64,000 bases of DNA from the human T2T-CHM13v2.0 reference genome, Homo sapiens, in assembly GCF_009914755.1 (NCBI RefSeq), contig NC_060934.1. One strand, given 5' to 3'. The translations under genes and the position numbers were made by a program. Below the pieces are notes generated by a model, which was given only the letters and a program-made list of their open reading frames with translations, was not told the origin of the DNA and made no database searches. This document shows positions 1 to 12,963 of the stretch, in pieces (the stretch's first letter is position 1; each line of letters begins with the position of its first letter).

Positions 1-403
1 ACTAAAAACTACACATACTTCTGAAAGCACTTGCTTGAGTGTCTTCAGAATGATGGAACTGGGAGTTCTTATTTGTATACCACCTCTTCTGAAAAGTGCT
101 TTACTTTCTCTTTGCCCTTTAGCATTATTCAAATAACTGTGCCTCAAAGAAGTAAAACAGTTTCCACAAAGGCAGAATGTAAATAATAAATAAATAACCT
201 CCCACAGCAGTCTTCGTGGTAGCCTGCCAGCTAGCACTTCAAATAGCATGTGTGAATTTCTAGTGATGCAGCCCGAGGGAAGGCAGATCACTAGTCAAAG
301 CTACCAGGCTTTCATAAAAGATCAAAAATCAGACACTTTGATAATAGTAGCAAGCGATCCCATATCCAGTTCCCTCCCCAAACAATACCCATGCAAATGA
401 CAG

Positions 404-768
404 TGTATTAGTTCATTTTCACACTGCTGATAAAGACATACCTGAGACTGGGTAATTTACTTAAAAAAAAAGTTTAATGGACTCACAGTTCCACATGGCT
501 GAGGAGGCCTCACAATCATGGTGGAAGGTGAAAGGCACGTCTTAAATGGCGGCAGGCAACGAGAGAATGAGAACCAAGTGAAAGGGGTTTCCCTTTATAA
601 AACCATCAGATCTCCTGAGACTTACCCCAAGAATAGTATGGGGGAAACCACCCTCATGATTCAGTTATCTCCCATGGTGGGGTGGGGGGTCTCTCCCACA
701 ACACATGGGAATTATGGGAGCTACAATTCAAGATGAGATTTGGGTGGGGACACAGCCAAACCATATCA
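404..768 (-). mobile_element. THE1B-type MaLR solo LTR
   Basis: TGTATTAG...CCATATCA termini match the reverse complement of THE1. Perfect 5-bp TSD GACAG at 399-403 and 769-773. Confidence 0.9.
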
Positions 769-3354
769 GACAGAGAGACGAAATGGAAGACATAGCCTGC
801 TCCTCTGACCTGGACCCTGTGCTCTGAGAGGACTTCCATCTGAGTCTGCCTTTGTGAGCTCATCATGTCCCCACTCTTTAATGTGTATCCATAAGCTCTG
901 AGGTAGCTGAGTTTTGCCAGAGTTCTGTCACCCCATGGGAAACTGAAAACTTAAATGTATATGCCAGAGAGAGAACAGTATAGTCTCCCTACCCTTTTTA
1001 CTTAAGATGCAATGGAAAATAAGGAAAAAATATCTTGGTCCCCATTCTAGCGAAGTGTGAACAGAAGCAATGAAGAAAAGCCAGCCTGTAAATGTGTGGC
1101 CATTCCGACAGTTCTGGCCTCAGAGAGCCCCCAGCTCCTAGGGAGTGGTAAGAGAATAAAGTAATCAAGTCACTGTGTGACTTCATACTGTTGGTATGAT
1201 TGACTGTGTTACTCCCCATTATTCCCAACAGTATTTCTGACCCAAGCTTGACATCTCAGCATTCAAAATTGTTACTCCTGCCTTTTTAAAGGAGTTACAA
1301 GTTCTACAATAAAACCTTCACAAAGGTAGATAATCTACAAAATACATTTAGCACAGTGCCCGGGTCCATTCAACAGATGTCAGGTATGAAATCAGATTAA
1401 TTGAGGGGACAAAAATTACTTCTGAGGAGAGCTCCTTTAATTACCACAGGCTATTCGATTCTAATTAATGTATCAGCTGTTCTAAATACAAACAATTGCT
1501 GCCTGGAAAAATATTTGTTTTCTTCAGTAGGATAAAAATATTTCCAGGGGTTAAGAAAATCTCAGCCAAGAATGTAATTTAGGGAGCACTGGTCAGGAAC
1601 TAAGAGACTCGGATTCTAGGCTCCAATCTGCTGCTCACAGGGCGAGTGCAGCTGGAGAACGGAGGTTCTCTGCAGACATATCCTATAGCCCATCCCGGGG
1701 CTCTGTGCTTCCAGAGAGCTGGAAAGGGAACACATACCCAGCCTCCATTGTCCTAGTTGTGAAATGCACTGTAACTTGCAACGTCTTCTGTATCCTTCTC
1801 TATCTCGGAGCTGAATCAACTGACTTTAAGGCCAGCAGAATAACAGCAGCTCACCAACTACCTGCTTCCCAGCAGCACAGACACTCAAAAATGTACCTGT
1901 TCACTATATGGTCTAATAAAGTCACTTGTAACTTAACAATTCTAACAGAAGAGACATTCTCATTGTTTTAATCAGTGTAACTCATAATTGGCTTTATTTT
2001 AGCCAAAGAAGAACCAGATAACCACCCAGAATATCTAGGGCTTATAATATAAATACTTATTTATATTCAAGCTTCTTTATACTAGCTGAAGCCTAGAATC
2101 CTGGAATTGAAGGTATTCAAGAATTATTGAAGTTGTTTGATTTAACACTTAGTGATAACCTCTGTGCCACCAACTCTGTCATTAGAAAGAAAACAAAATG
2201 AGTTATCCTGGGTAGAATTGTAAATATTTTTTTTTTACTTTAACCATGAATTTTTTAAGTGGATAGGATATAGAGAAAAATAGAAGAGGACATTAAAAGA
2301 GACACTTGAGAAATAAAACCTAAACGTTTTATCATTTATATACTTATTTATGCTGTGTAAAGGTAATTTTTAATGCGGCAAAGCAGGGTAAAGTGTTATT
2401 AATACAAAACGCCTTTGCAACAGGGTAAATCAGAGTACCACAGCTTGAGTGGCATTTGCACTTTGAAGTTGTTTTTCTCTCAGCTTTTGTGGGTAGTCTA
2501 GGATCACAGAACTGGAGCACCTTCAGTGTCAAAGAACTTATACTAATTTTCATTTCCTTGCTTGGCCCAGCCGTTTGAAAAAATAACTTGAAAATACTCT
2601 CCTTATAGTATATTAATTTTTCAAAGGCTATGGTAGTTAACTTTTAAACTGAGTGTTATTCCATACAGATTAAAAAGACTTCAGTTTCTGAAAGGATCTC
2701 GAAATATAAATGCAGTCCTTTTTGTAACTGTACTCATGCCTTTCATCAAAATTATTTAACACCAGAAATTATTTTCTAAAGAAGAAGCACAACACGTATT
2801 TCAACTCCCACGTAATAACACCGCAAATTTGGTAACATCTGCATATTTTCTTTACTAATTGCAGTGCTAGTCTGAAGTTAATTATACGAAACTGATTTTT
2901 TTCCTAAGCACAACTTTTATATATCACATTTAGTTTAATTGGTACTTTGAATAATAAATTGTTTTTCAGCTACAGCATATTGTTTGGTATTGCTAATGAA
3001 ATGATTTTAATGTTCAACCGAGCTGTTATGAGAAATCTTATTTTGTCTTATATTTTTAAATATAATTCTCCATTGTAGCACACTAATTAACCTGATAACT
3101 ACTTTTCTTTTTTTGAATCTTCAGTATAACATTATGTAAAAACTGTGTGGTAAGTAGCAGGAGATACTGTTTTCATAATGCAGCTACGTGTGAATCCTTC
3201 AACTACAGCATATTTTTGTGCTAGTGGTACTTAATAATACTTATGCATTCACCATTCTTTTGTGCCAGGCACAGTACCACAAACTCAGTAGTGCATCAGT
3301 TTCAGATTAACACAGTTAATGATGCCAGTATGATCTTTAGATCACTTATAAGCC

Positions 3355-3769
3355 TGTTTAAGGAAAAACTGGAGACAAAATGAAAATCTAACAGTTTATC
3401 TGAGCGAAGATCAATTCATGAATCAGGAAGCACCAAAACCAAAGGGAGGTTGTGGGTTTTGCTGTGGCGGCCTGAGCATTCAACTTTTATAGGCTGGAGA
3501 TGGAAGCAAAATTTAAAAAACAAACAAAACAAAACAAACTACTTGATTGGCTAGAGCTAGGTGTTTGCCTTATTTGGATATTGTCCAGTGGGAGGTCCCA
3601 GGTTACAAAACCAATCAGCTATTTGGCTGTCTATGATTGGCTGAAGCTTCCTTCACAATTAATCAGTTACAAAGAATGCTTCTACCTTTAGTTTCTGTTT
3701 GTATGCCTGGAACCCTTATGCAAGCAAATAGAAACTAAAGGCTAATGGCTTGCTTATTTTCCTTTAACA
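3355..3769. mobile_element. ERV1/MER4-group-like solo LTR (subfamily not assigned)
   Basis: Imperfect inverted ends TGTTTAAGGAAAA / TTTTCCTTTAACA. Near-match 4-bp TSD AGCC/GGCC. Confidence 0.55.
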
Positions 3770-3849
3770 GGCCCTGCAATGTTAGATGGAGGGGCAAGGT
3801 AACAGAGTCTCCATCTCTAATGACTTAAACATGAAACTGACATCATTTA

Positions 3850-4250
3850 GACTTATTCAACAATTATTTACTAAATCTTATCTACATTGTCCCAGTACTG
3901 TTGCTACCACCTATGTGGGCAAAGGGAGAAAAAAACTGAAAAACTCAGTTCCTGCCCCGTAGTTCATAACTAGTTGGGATGGGTGTCAACTAACAAGACC
4001 CCATGAACAATTTTCTTCTAATTATATGTTGGGTGGTATTCTCTGCATTGTGCTGTATACGTAAAAACTATAAAGATACTAGAGGGAAGAAAATTCAATG
4101 TAGGTTATAATCATTTCAGGAGGCTTTGTGATAGAAATAGGACTTCAACTGGACATTGAAACATTGATTACGATTTTTCCACCTGAAATTCTAGCTCCCA
4201 CTAGAAATGAGAGCAATAGTGTGAGCAAGACCAATAGCTCAGAAGCAAGA
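3850..4250 (-). mobile_element. L2 fragment
   Basis: TTATTCAACAATTATTTACTAAAT resembles the L2 3' end, followed by degenerate L2-like sequence. Boundaries approximate. Confidence 0.45.
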
Positions 4251-4265
4251 CCAAGATTTGGAACG

Positions 4266-4567
4266 GGCCAGGAGTGGTGGCTCACGCCTGTAATCCCAGC
4301 ACTTTGGTAGGCCAAGGTGAGTGGATTGCTTGAGGCCAGAAGTTTGAGACAAGCCCAGCCAACATGCCAAAACCCCATCTCTACTAAAATTACAAAAATT
4401 AGCCAGGCATGGTGGCTCATGCCTGTAATCTCTGCTGCTCAGATGGCTGAGGCACAGGAATCAGTTGAACCCTGGAGGCAGAGGTTGCAGTGTGCCAAGA
4501 TCGTGCCACAACACTCCAGCCTGGGTGACAGACCAAGACCCTGTCTCAAAAAAAATAAAAATATAAA
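4266..4567 (+). mobile_element. Alu (AluS/J)
   Basis: Dimeric Alu with A tail. TSD core AAGATTTGGA on both sides. Confidence 0.95.
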
Positions 4568-4958
4568 AAGATTTGGAGTGTTCAGAGGACAAAGAGACCT
4601 TCTAGGTCTGCTCAAAGAGTTTATGCTGGGGAGTACTGAGACGTCGTGTTACATATATATTATGAAGTCATATTGTAGAGGGCTAGGAATGCCGGGATAA
4701 CAGGATTTGTGAAATAATAGTGAGCCACTGAGCATTTCTGAATGAAGACACGTTGACGCCTCACAGAAGGCTGACCCGAAGGCCAGAGACCACAGTAGAA
4801 GTCAAGGTCTAGAAACCACAAGCAAGAATAAATAAATAAAGTCAAGCAACATGGGCAGCTAATGTGAAGGCTGTGCAGTAAGATAGTGTTGAAAGTAAGG
4901 CCATAAGGTCTTCCTTTGGGACAGGAATTATTTCCAGGGTTGTAAGTAGGTATGTGTG

Positions 4959-4959
<1 letters not shown>

Positions 4960-4990
<31 letters not shown>

Positions 4991-5277
4991 CAGAGTCTCA
5001 CTCTGTCACCCAGGCTGGAGTGCAGTGGCATGACCTCAGCTCACTGAGGCCTCCACCTCCTGTTTCAAGCAATTCGCCTGCCTCAGCCTCCTGAGTAGCT
5101 GGGACCACAGGCAAGTGCCACCACACCAGGCTAATTTTTTAAATTTTTTTAATTTTTAGTAGAGACAGGGTTTCACCAATGTTAGCCAGGCTTGTCTTGA
5201 ACTACTGACCAGCCTGATCCACCTGCCTCAGCCTCTCAAAGTGCTGGGATTACAGGTGTGAGCCACCGTGCCCGGCC
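4960..5277 (-). mobile_element. Alu (AluS)
   Basis: Poly-T followed by reverse-complement Alu. Degenerate TSD GGTATGYRTGAA. Confidence 0.95.
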
Positions 5278-5425
5278 CGGTATGCATGAACCTTCTAATG
5301 GAGATGTGACTGGGTTAACCCAAATGCAGTGGCACAGATGTGGACAAGTCCTGATATGATCAAAATGGAGTTTCAGAAAAATGAACCTGTTACTGTTATG
5401 AAGAGTGTGTTAACACAGATGAAAC

Positions 5426-5919
5426 TGTTACTGAAATGCCAGGGTTTCGGTCTAGGTCCTACTGATCACTGTACAGAAGGCCAATCCCTGAGACAACAAT
5501 ATTGCCAGGGAAGAAGGCTTTAATCAGGTACTATAGCCAAGGAGCTGGGAGATCAGTCTCAATTCCGTCTTGCTGACCGACTAAAATTAGAGGTTTATAT
5601 AGCAGGGAAGAAATGTAACCATATGTGGAAAACAGGAATTAGGGAGGGGTAACAAAGAGAAGTTGGTCAACAGGAAGCAGGTGGTTGGTTAGGCAATCAT
5701 GATGGGTGAGGGATCTGGTGTCTCATTGTCCAGATGCAGTGATCTGGTAAGTTTCAGCTCCTTGATTCTATCTGGAGGACTGATGGTTGGTTTCCTGAAA
5801 AAGGAACTCAGATATGACAAATGTAACCTTTTCAGATTTTAAGACTGGGAGGATCAATTTCTATTTTTATTCAAAGAAACCACAAATATCAGTTCTGTGG
5901 GACAATTAGACCAGTTTCC
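5426..5919 (-). mobile_element. ERV1-class solo LTR (LTR26/MER66-like, tentative)
   Basis: TGTTACTGAAATGCCAGGGTTTCGGTCTAGGTCC...GACCAGTTTC resembles MER4-group LTRs. No clean TSD. Confidence 0.65.
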
Positions 5920-6682
5920 AAGTCAGGTTTAGATGAGCCCTTGAAAAATAATTTCAGCAAATAAGGAGTAAACTGATAGCGGCTTAGGCAAAGATTGTTA
6001 TTGTGGGCATTGAGAGAATTAATACATCTGAGAAATGACTCAAAGAAAGAAATGTAGAAATGAAAGTTGGAGATTTCAAACCTGGGTAAAGAAGGCAACG
6101 GTAATTCCATGGACAGAAATACAAGAGTTGGGAAAGGAAATTATACATGAAAATCTCAGAGTTACCCGATTCCCTTTGCTCGATCCAATACAACTTGGCT
6201 GGAAACATTCATAGCATGGCCAAGGTCCACCATGCTGAATAAGACAGACCTACACTAGATCTCATGGAGAGTTTGGAGTGACATTAATTTTTTTGTCTTC
6301 TGGCTACATCAGGGTTTTAGAGTAGCTCCTGAGACATTTGTTTCTTTAAGGGATTTTAAATAATTAAGGCCCTACCTACCATTTAAATGCCGATTGAAAT
6401 ATACTGAAACTTTGGCAAGGAAAACACCTTGGTTTTTGGATGGATGATCCATGTTTTGAGTGGACATCAATGTTTCTGTTTACAAGAAAGTTCCATCTAG
6501 ATAATGCATTTGATGAAATGTTTTCTCCAAATTAGAACTTTCTTATTAGACACTATCTTCCAGAAAGGTCATGCCACTAAGATAGATAAAATGGGTTGTA
6601 TAGATTATCACTCAAAATGAGATAAAATAGCAATATTTAGTTTGGGGAAAAAAGTCAAATGAAATGTTTAATAATAAAAACC

Positions 6683-6930
6683 ATTTATTTAACAATTACT
6701 ATGTGTCAGAAACTATGTTAAGTGCTTTCTATGCATTATTTTATTTAATTAGCACATAATCACATGAAATACATACTTTTATTATCCTCATTTTCCAAAT
6801 GAAGAAATTGACCAGAGAGGTTAAGTAAATTGCCTAAGATTATGCAAAGTTATTTAGGGATAGAGCCAGAGTCAGAATCAGAATTATATCTAACACGGTG
6901 CTGAAGTCCTCGTTCTTAGCTGCTACACTG
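6683..6930 (-). mobile_element. MIR
   Basis: Reverse-complement MIR core: ATTATCCTCATTTT...AGAGAGGTTAAGTAAATTGCCTAAG. Confidence 0.75.
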
Positions 6931-7571
6931 TGCTCGTCTCTTCTGGCTTCAGTGATCAAACAAGGTGACTGTGAATTTTCCTAAACCTTTCCACACTCAA
7001 CCCACAGAAGACATGATTTCTGTCATGTGTGACAAAACAAGGTTTTATTTATAAAATATGCCACTGAATGTTTAGCAACCTGTGTTCTCACATAGCTGGC
7101 AATGTTATCTTTACTTATTGTACTGGGCTTAGTGCAGTTAGAACTTAAATTTCTAGAAGCTGCATATAAACATGTTCTAAACTTTTGTTGTTGTTGTTGC
7201 CTTGGTAACTTTATTGTGACCTGAGTGTTCCACGAGCATCCTAAACTTAGGTTAGGGATATGGAAAATTAGTTTACAGTGGTTTTCGGAAAAAGCAAGGT
7301 ATTATCAAAAAATTAGAAAATTCTGAATGCTATTACAACAAAGTGTACCTTTAAATTAAATGCAATAACAACAAAGTGTACCCTTTGAAAAATATTCCAT
7401 AAACTGAATGAAATTTAAAAATATATGGCATTTGTATTTGTATGTGAATAAGACTTTCTAACCCATCTATTTATAAAAAACTTATGTTGAATAATAAACA
7501 AAATGCATGCTAAAGAAGAATTTTATTTCTTCACCTATAAAACTCATGAAAATGGTTTGTTATTTTCACAG

Positions 7572-7710
7572 CTGAATTTTTATTCCTCTTGTGGGGTGTT
7601 TATCTCTGCTATGCAGTGCGGACAGTCCCATCGGCATTCCATGAGCCCCGCTATATGGCTGTTGCAGTTCACAATGAGCTCATCATCTCTGCTATATTCC
7701 ATACAATTAG
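7572..7710 (+). CDS. GPR158: GPR158 coding exon (exon 8 of 11 from memory), transmembrane region (A)EFLFLLWGVYLCYAVRTVPSAFHEPRYMAVAVHNELIISAIFHTI(R)
   Basis: Acceptor TTTTCACAG. 139 nt open in the frame carrying the class C GPCR motif RTVPSAFHEPRYM. GC donor AG/GCAAGT keeps frame with the next exon. Confidence 0.95.
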
Positions 7711-10700
7711 GCAAGTGATCTGTAGAGCTAGTAAATAACTATTTTATTTTTCTGATGTGTTGCTGTTTAAATAACAAAATTAGATAAGATGCATAATAGA
7801 AAGACTTAGCAAAGATAGCATTTTATAAGTGGACTAATTTCTTTTACAGATTTGGAAAATGAATAGTTTGTTTTTAAAGCTGTTGTTCTTAGTTCCTTCG
7901 GCTGTGTTGTTTATTGCCTTCTTCTATTTTGAAGGTTAATTCAGTGTTATTGTATTATCTTAAGCCACTTATGGAAATGTAATGGAATATTGTTTGTAAT
8001 ATGTAGCTTCATTATGAAGATATAATGCAATACGTGCATACATTGTAAAGCAGATACAGTTAACTTATCTATATTTTCATTCATGTTTAATGGGCTGGTT
8101 TATATTTTCAAAATCTCAATAGACATATAGACAACTTGTATGTATGAATTCTGTGGAATTCAAAACACAAAAACTACTTCAATCTGATGACTAGATTATC
8201 ATGTGCAATGGGCTTTGGTGCTATCACACATTCTGGTAATGAATTTCTGGGATAAGAATGTATAGCTTGGTCCTCTATTGTGTGATCATCCCAGGTTTCT
8301 CTCTAGCAGATGAGAACACAGGAGGAAGACAGTGGCTTATCATGAAGTGAACAAAATGAAATATATATGACTTATCTTCTGAAAATGTATCCCTGATTCA
8401 TATTTGAAAATGAAATGAAACTCTCAGGGCAGAACTAAAAGAAGGAATTCTATCATTTAAAAAGCAACAAAAAGATGTCATTCAATTGCTTGACAGATAT
8501 GGAAAGTTAGGACACACTTAAGAAAATTAGAGATGTTGAGTATTTGTCTCTGGCCTCAGTGGAAAGAGTGGATCCCCTTTCTTTAGTTTCAATTCCTTTT
8601 TTGGCCTTCAGACTCTCCTGGAGATCAGTGAGAATGGAAGAGCGGGTGGGAGAAGGCAGTTGTGGGTCTGGGGGAATTTTGTAGGATGCCTATCCTCTCT
8701 GACTTTAGTCAGCAGTCAGAAGATGTGATCTTGCATCTTTAGAAAGAGACGTTGCCAGACAGCAGTGGGCCTCAGTTACAGCCTACACTTTTAAAACTTT
8801 TAAATAAGAAGAGGAGGTATCTATGGTCTGAGAACCCTGGAGACTCCATCAAGCGGCCAGGAATCTAGAGAACTGGGCTCTTTGCTTTGTCTTGCCCTCT
8901 CTGAGAGAGGAGAGAAAGACATTAGAAGAGGAAGGAAAGATAAGAATGGAAATATAAGATTATAAATACGCAAAGGAAGAAATGCTTTTTCAGCTACTCA
9001 GACTGGAGTTTCAGGACCTAAGAGGGGATGCCCTCAGTCAACAATATCTTGAGCACCATAGAATGTCTCCTCCTGTTGCCAGAGCTCAAACAGCCTTGAC
9101 ATATTCCCCAGACTTTCTTCCAAGAAAAGCTACTTTTTTGCTTATTTGCAGAATATCAAGCATATTCCAAGATATAACAAACATGCTTTTCTACAACCAG
9201 TTACAAGTTAAATGTTAACAAATCGACTAACAAATCAACTAAAGTTAACAAATCAACTAAAGAGTTGTAAACCAGTAAGAAGGCTTCTCAGAGTTGAGTT
9301 TAAATGTCTTCTATGGTCAAAATGTGCTTATGTAGTGCAGAAGGTTGTGCACTTTAGCCTTATAATAAACTGCTAGATTTTTTTAGAAAAAAATTAATTG
9401 TCCAAGTACTTAAATCTGTTTAGAAGTTTAATAAATATCTAAATATCCTTTAATTCCTTAAAGTTTACTCTGTTCAGTTTTCATCATTAAATTTCATTTC
9501 TCAATATATGTCAAACTTTAAACTGGCCTAGGTTCTTTCAGGAGTAGGCATGGTAAACTATTCTTAAATGAATCTTTTAAAAGTTTAATAAGGCAATAGA
9601 TGGTTGTTACAGAAAAATCCTAAAGAAAAAAGTAAATAAACTCCCCAATCATGCTACCCAAAGATAAGCACTGTTAACACCTTAGTATATCACTTTTAGG
9701 TGTTTATGTGTGTTTGTATATTTATGATACATTGCACTTTATAGTCTCCTTTTCAGAGTGTCACAATGCAAGTTAGCATGCTGAGAAGTCCTGCTGCAAG
9801 GAAACCTACTTAATTTTATTTAACCAGCATTTTGCAAACTTAATTGACCATGGAATCCCCCCAAACCTCACTTGACATTTGATAACAGCATCCACACTTC
9901 AGAAAATACTGTTTTTCTACTGATTCAAGGTGACGGGAAGTACATGTTAAATACTGATTGAAAACAGCCTTACTACTTTGCTGTAAATCTTTCCTACAGA
10001 GCCCCAAGCAACTCATTGGCCCAACCAGAATAATCACATGAACATGAGCTTGGTTCTTATAGACACACACTCTGATTGAATGCTCCATGTTGAACCTAGT
10101 AAATTTGGTGTTGAATAGACATGATGTACTTGCAAGATCAATTTTCTTCCAGACAACTGTGTGGACCTCTATTACTTCTGAAAAGGGAGAACTTCCATTG
10201 GTAGCAAGTGTGACACAGAAAGACTAACTAGCTTGGTAGGCTTTGATTTTTTAGCAAGCTTAAATAAACCTGAAGAAGCCCTATGTTTTAAATTCCAAAT
10301 TTGACCCACTATATCTTTCTGCCTAGATTGGATCAGACTGTGGTATATTGACTTTAAGGAATCACAGCATATATTAGCTACTCTCAGAAATATAATTTAT
10401 ATGGCTATAAAGGATGAAGGAATGGAATTGTAGTTTAATACAGTAAATCTGCATAACACTGATTTTGGGGGAATTGATAGGGAGAAAGCAATAGGCAATA
10501 ATAAACCAATCAAGTATGTACAATGTCTTATTTACATATGGCCTGAACTTATACATGTGATGGTTCAAATATTTATAAAGTCCAAGAATAAGAAGCAATA
10601 ACATAATAATTTAAATCAGCTATATCCATCTTGGTAATTTTTTCCTTGAATGAAACAATATAAAATAAGGCTTCCAACAGTGAAAAATATATTCTCTATC

Positions 10701-12857
10701 AATATAGCATGTGTTCTTTCTTATATGCTTAAAAAAATTATGTCTATGTATGTATATATACATATATAAATTAAAAACTATGACTATACATTATATACAG
10801 ATTTACCTTTATTCATACCAAATTGTCAAATTGCACAAAAATAAACTAACAGCAAAGAATTAAGTCTAGAAGGATAAATAACACAGAGGCGTTTTTCCCA
10901 GCCTGTTATAATCCCTTATCCTTTATTATTTTTAGTGCTAAGCATAAAGCAAATCTTTGGGAAAGCACAAGACTTTTAAGTGTGTTTATTTTTAACCTCA
11001 ATTTTCAAATATTTTATGCTCCTGGCTTTTAGACCTATGTTTTAAAAGATGAAACACTCTTGAAAATACGAAGCTTTAAAACTACTGCAAACCCAGTTTT
11101 TCTCAAAATATTTCTAGTCAGAATTGCAACCTTAAAAACCTGGCAGTAATTTAAAACTGATTGAGAGTGATGTCTGTATATTTCACAGTTGGTGGTTTTT
11201 TAAAGTTTCACTATTTTAAATTATGTGCAAGCATTATTCCTTCTAGATACTGCCATGCTACTTTAAAGTTTATTTGGTTTGCATTTAAGGTGGAATTCTC
11301 AATACATGAGGATCCTTTTATGAATGTCTCCTTTAATGTAACTTTCTGCTCCAATACTGGAATGACCCTCAACAGACTGGATTTGTATTATTTTCCCAGA
11401 GTGTTATATCCCTTATATGCCTCAGAGACTGTTACTTGTTACTGAGTGTAATGATCCTATTTCAATGCAAAAAAAAAAAAAAAAAAAAGCCTGACCCAGG
11501 AAAACAGACTGCGTCAAAAGTCTGTTTTCACAATCTTTTGTCAAAACTGGTTCAGTTTTGCAGTCATATTCAAGGTATGTGTTTTTCTCACAAAGAAGTT
11601 AGAGAAGATGGTTAGCCAGAAAGCCCTATCCCTGTTTAATGAAACGTGAGCTATTGTGATGAGTGCCCTGTATTTTATGTATGTTACAAGCCTATTTGGT
11701 TTGCATCTCTAGACACAAGGGAAAATAATTCTCCATTTTGGGTAACTGCTGAGCTTCCATTTTAGCTTGATATCCTTAGGGGAGCAGCATGGAGGTGAAA
11801 ATGAGAAAGAAATCATCTTGATGACAATTTTAAACATTAATGATCATTTACTTAGTAAATTTGTCATTAATATGGTAGAATGAAGATATAAAAATTAGTT
11901 TCTTCCTATTTTAGCCATTAATATATGTTTGTTTTGTGATTATAATATCATGAGCATTTTCTTAGGATGTTAACTTTGCACATTTGATGATGTGAAACAA
12001 AATTGTAATTCTCTAATTTCAAGTGGCAAAATGTCATATTTTGCTTTCACGGATAAACAATGGATAAGACCTTTATGAAAGCAACCCCTGGTTTCTGCGT
12101 AAGGATGCATCCTTAAAACATGAACTGTGTACATACACCTATTAATTTCTGAAAATATTCCCAAATTACTAGAGTAGACCTTAGTATTGAATTTCTCCTC
12201 ACCATTTTTCCTGCAGAGGCATACTGGAACACAACTTCATAAATTTCTCCATCAGATAAGATTTTTAAATACTGCATTTTAAATTATTTTAGACAATTTG
12301 ATAATTTAGAACAATTTATTTTAAAGAGTACATTTTATAAACCATTAGTATGTTTCATTAAATTGTTTTATCCATTAAATTGTTTTATTTCAATGCTTGG
12401 ATCATTCACAAAGATAAATAATTGTCCACTTTTTCTTAATTATAACTGTTTTTAAACATTGATGCTTTGTAGGCAAATTATGAGTACTAAGAATATTACA
12501 ACTGATAACTCTACAAATTTGTATTGTAAGTTTGTAACCTACTCCTCTTGAATTTACATATATTTACCACTTCGATTTTTAGAGGCCACTTTACATACAA
12601 AATAATAATCTTGGGAATTATTATGCTGCCTTTCTTACTATTGTTAATCTAAAATCATAATAAAGGGTTCATATATTATGCATCAAATTAAGCTTAGACT
12701 TTATTCTTTTGAGATGAAAATATATGCCATAGAAATAGTAATACAATTTCCTTTTTCTTATTTTAATACAATGAGGAAAAAAGAGTTCCCAAGTAATCCT
12801 AGTGTTCTAAGTAGAATCTTAATCTTGGATTGTTAACTCAATGAATTCTCATTTCAG

Positions 12858-12963
12858 ATTTGTTCTTGCCTCAAGACTTCAGTCTGATTGGATGTTGATG
12901 CTGTATTTTGCACATACTCATTTGACTGTGACAGTCACCATTGGGTTGCTTTTGATTCCAAAG
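12858..12963 (+). CDS. GPR158: GPR158 coding exon (exon 9), TM7: FVLASRLQSDWMLMLYFAHTHLTVTVTIGLLLIPK
   Basis: Acceptor ATTTCAG and donor AAG/GTATTC. 106 nt. Ends in the class C TM7 motif LLLIPK. Confidence 0.95.

Noticed and set aside
4128-5031. ORFs of up to 127 aa (and similar ones at 46795, 50610, 51835, 54836, 57521 and 58504)
   Set aside because: Translations of Alu sequence.
7503-7718. 71-aa ORF overlapping exon 8
   Set aside because: Wrong frame. The real exon reads EFLFLLWGV... in another frame bounded by splice sites.
9214-9260. Three TAACAAATCRAC repeats
   Set aside because: Short slippage repeat. No unique spacers, so not CRISPR-like, and the context is eukaryotic.
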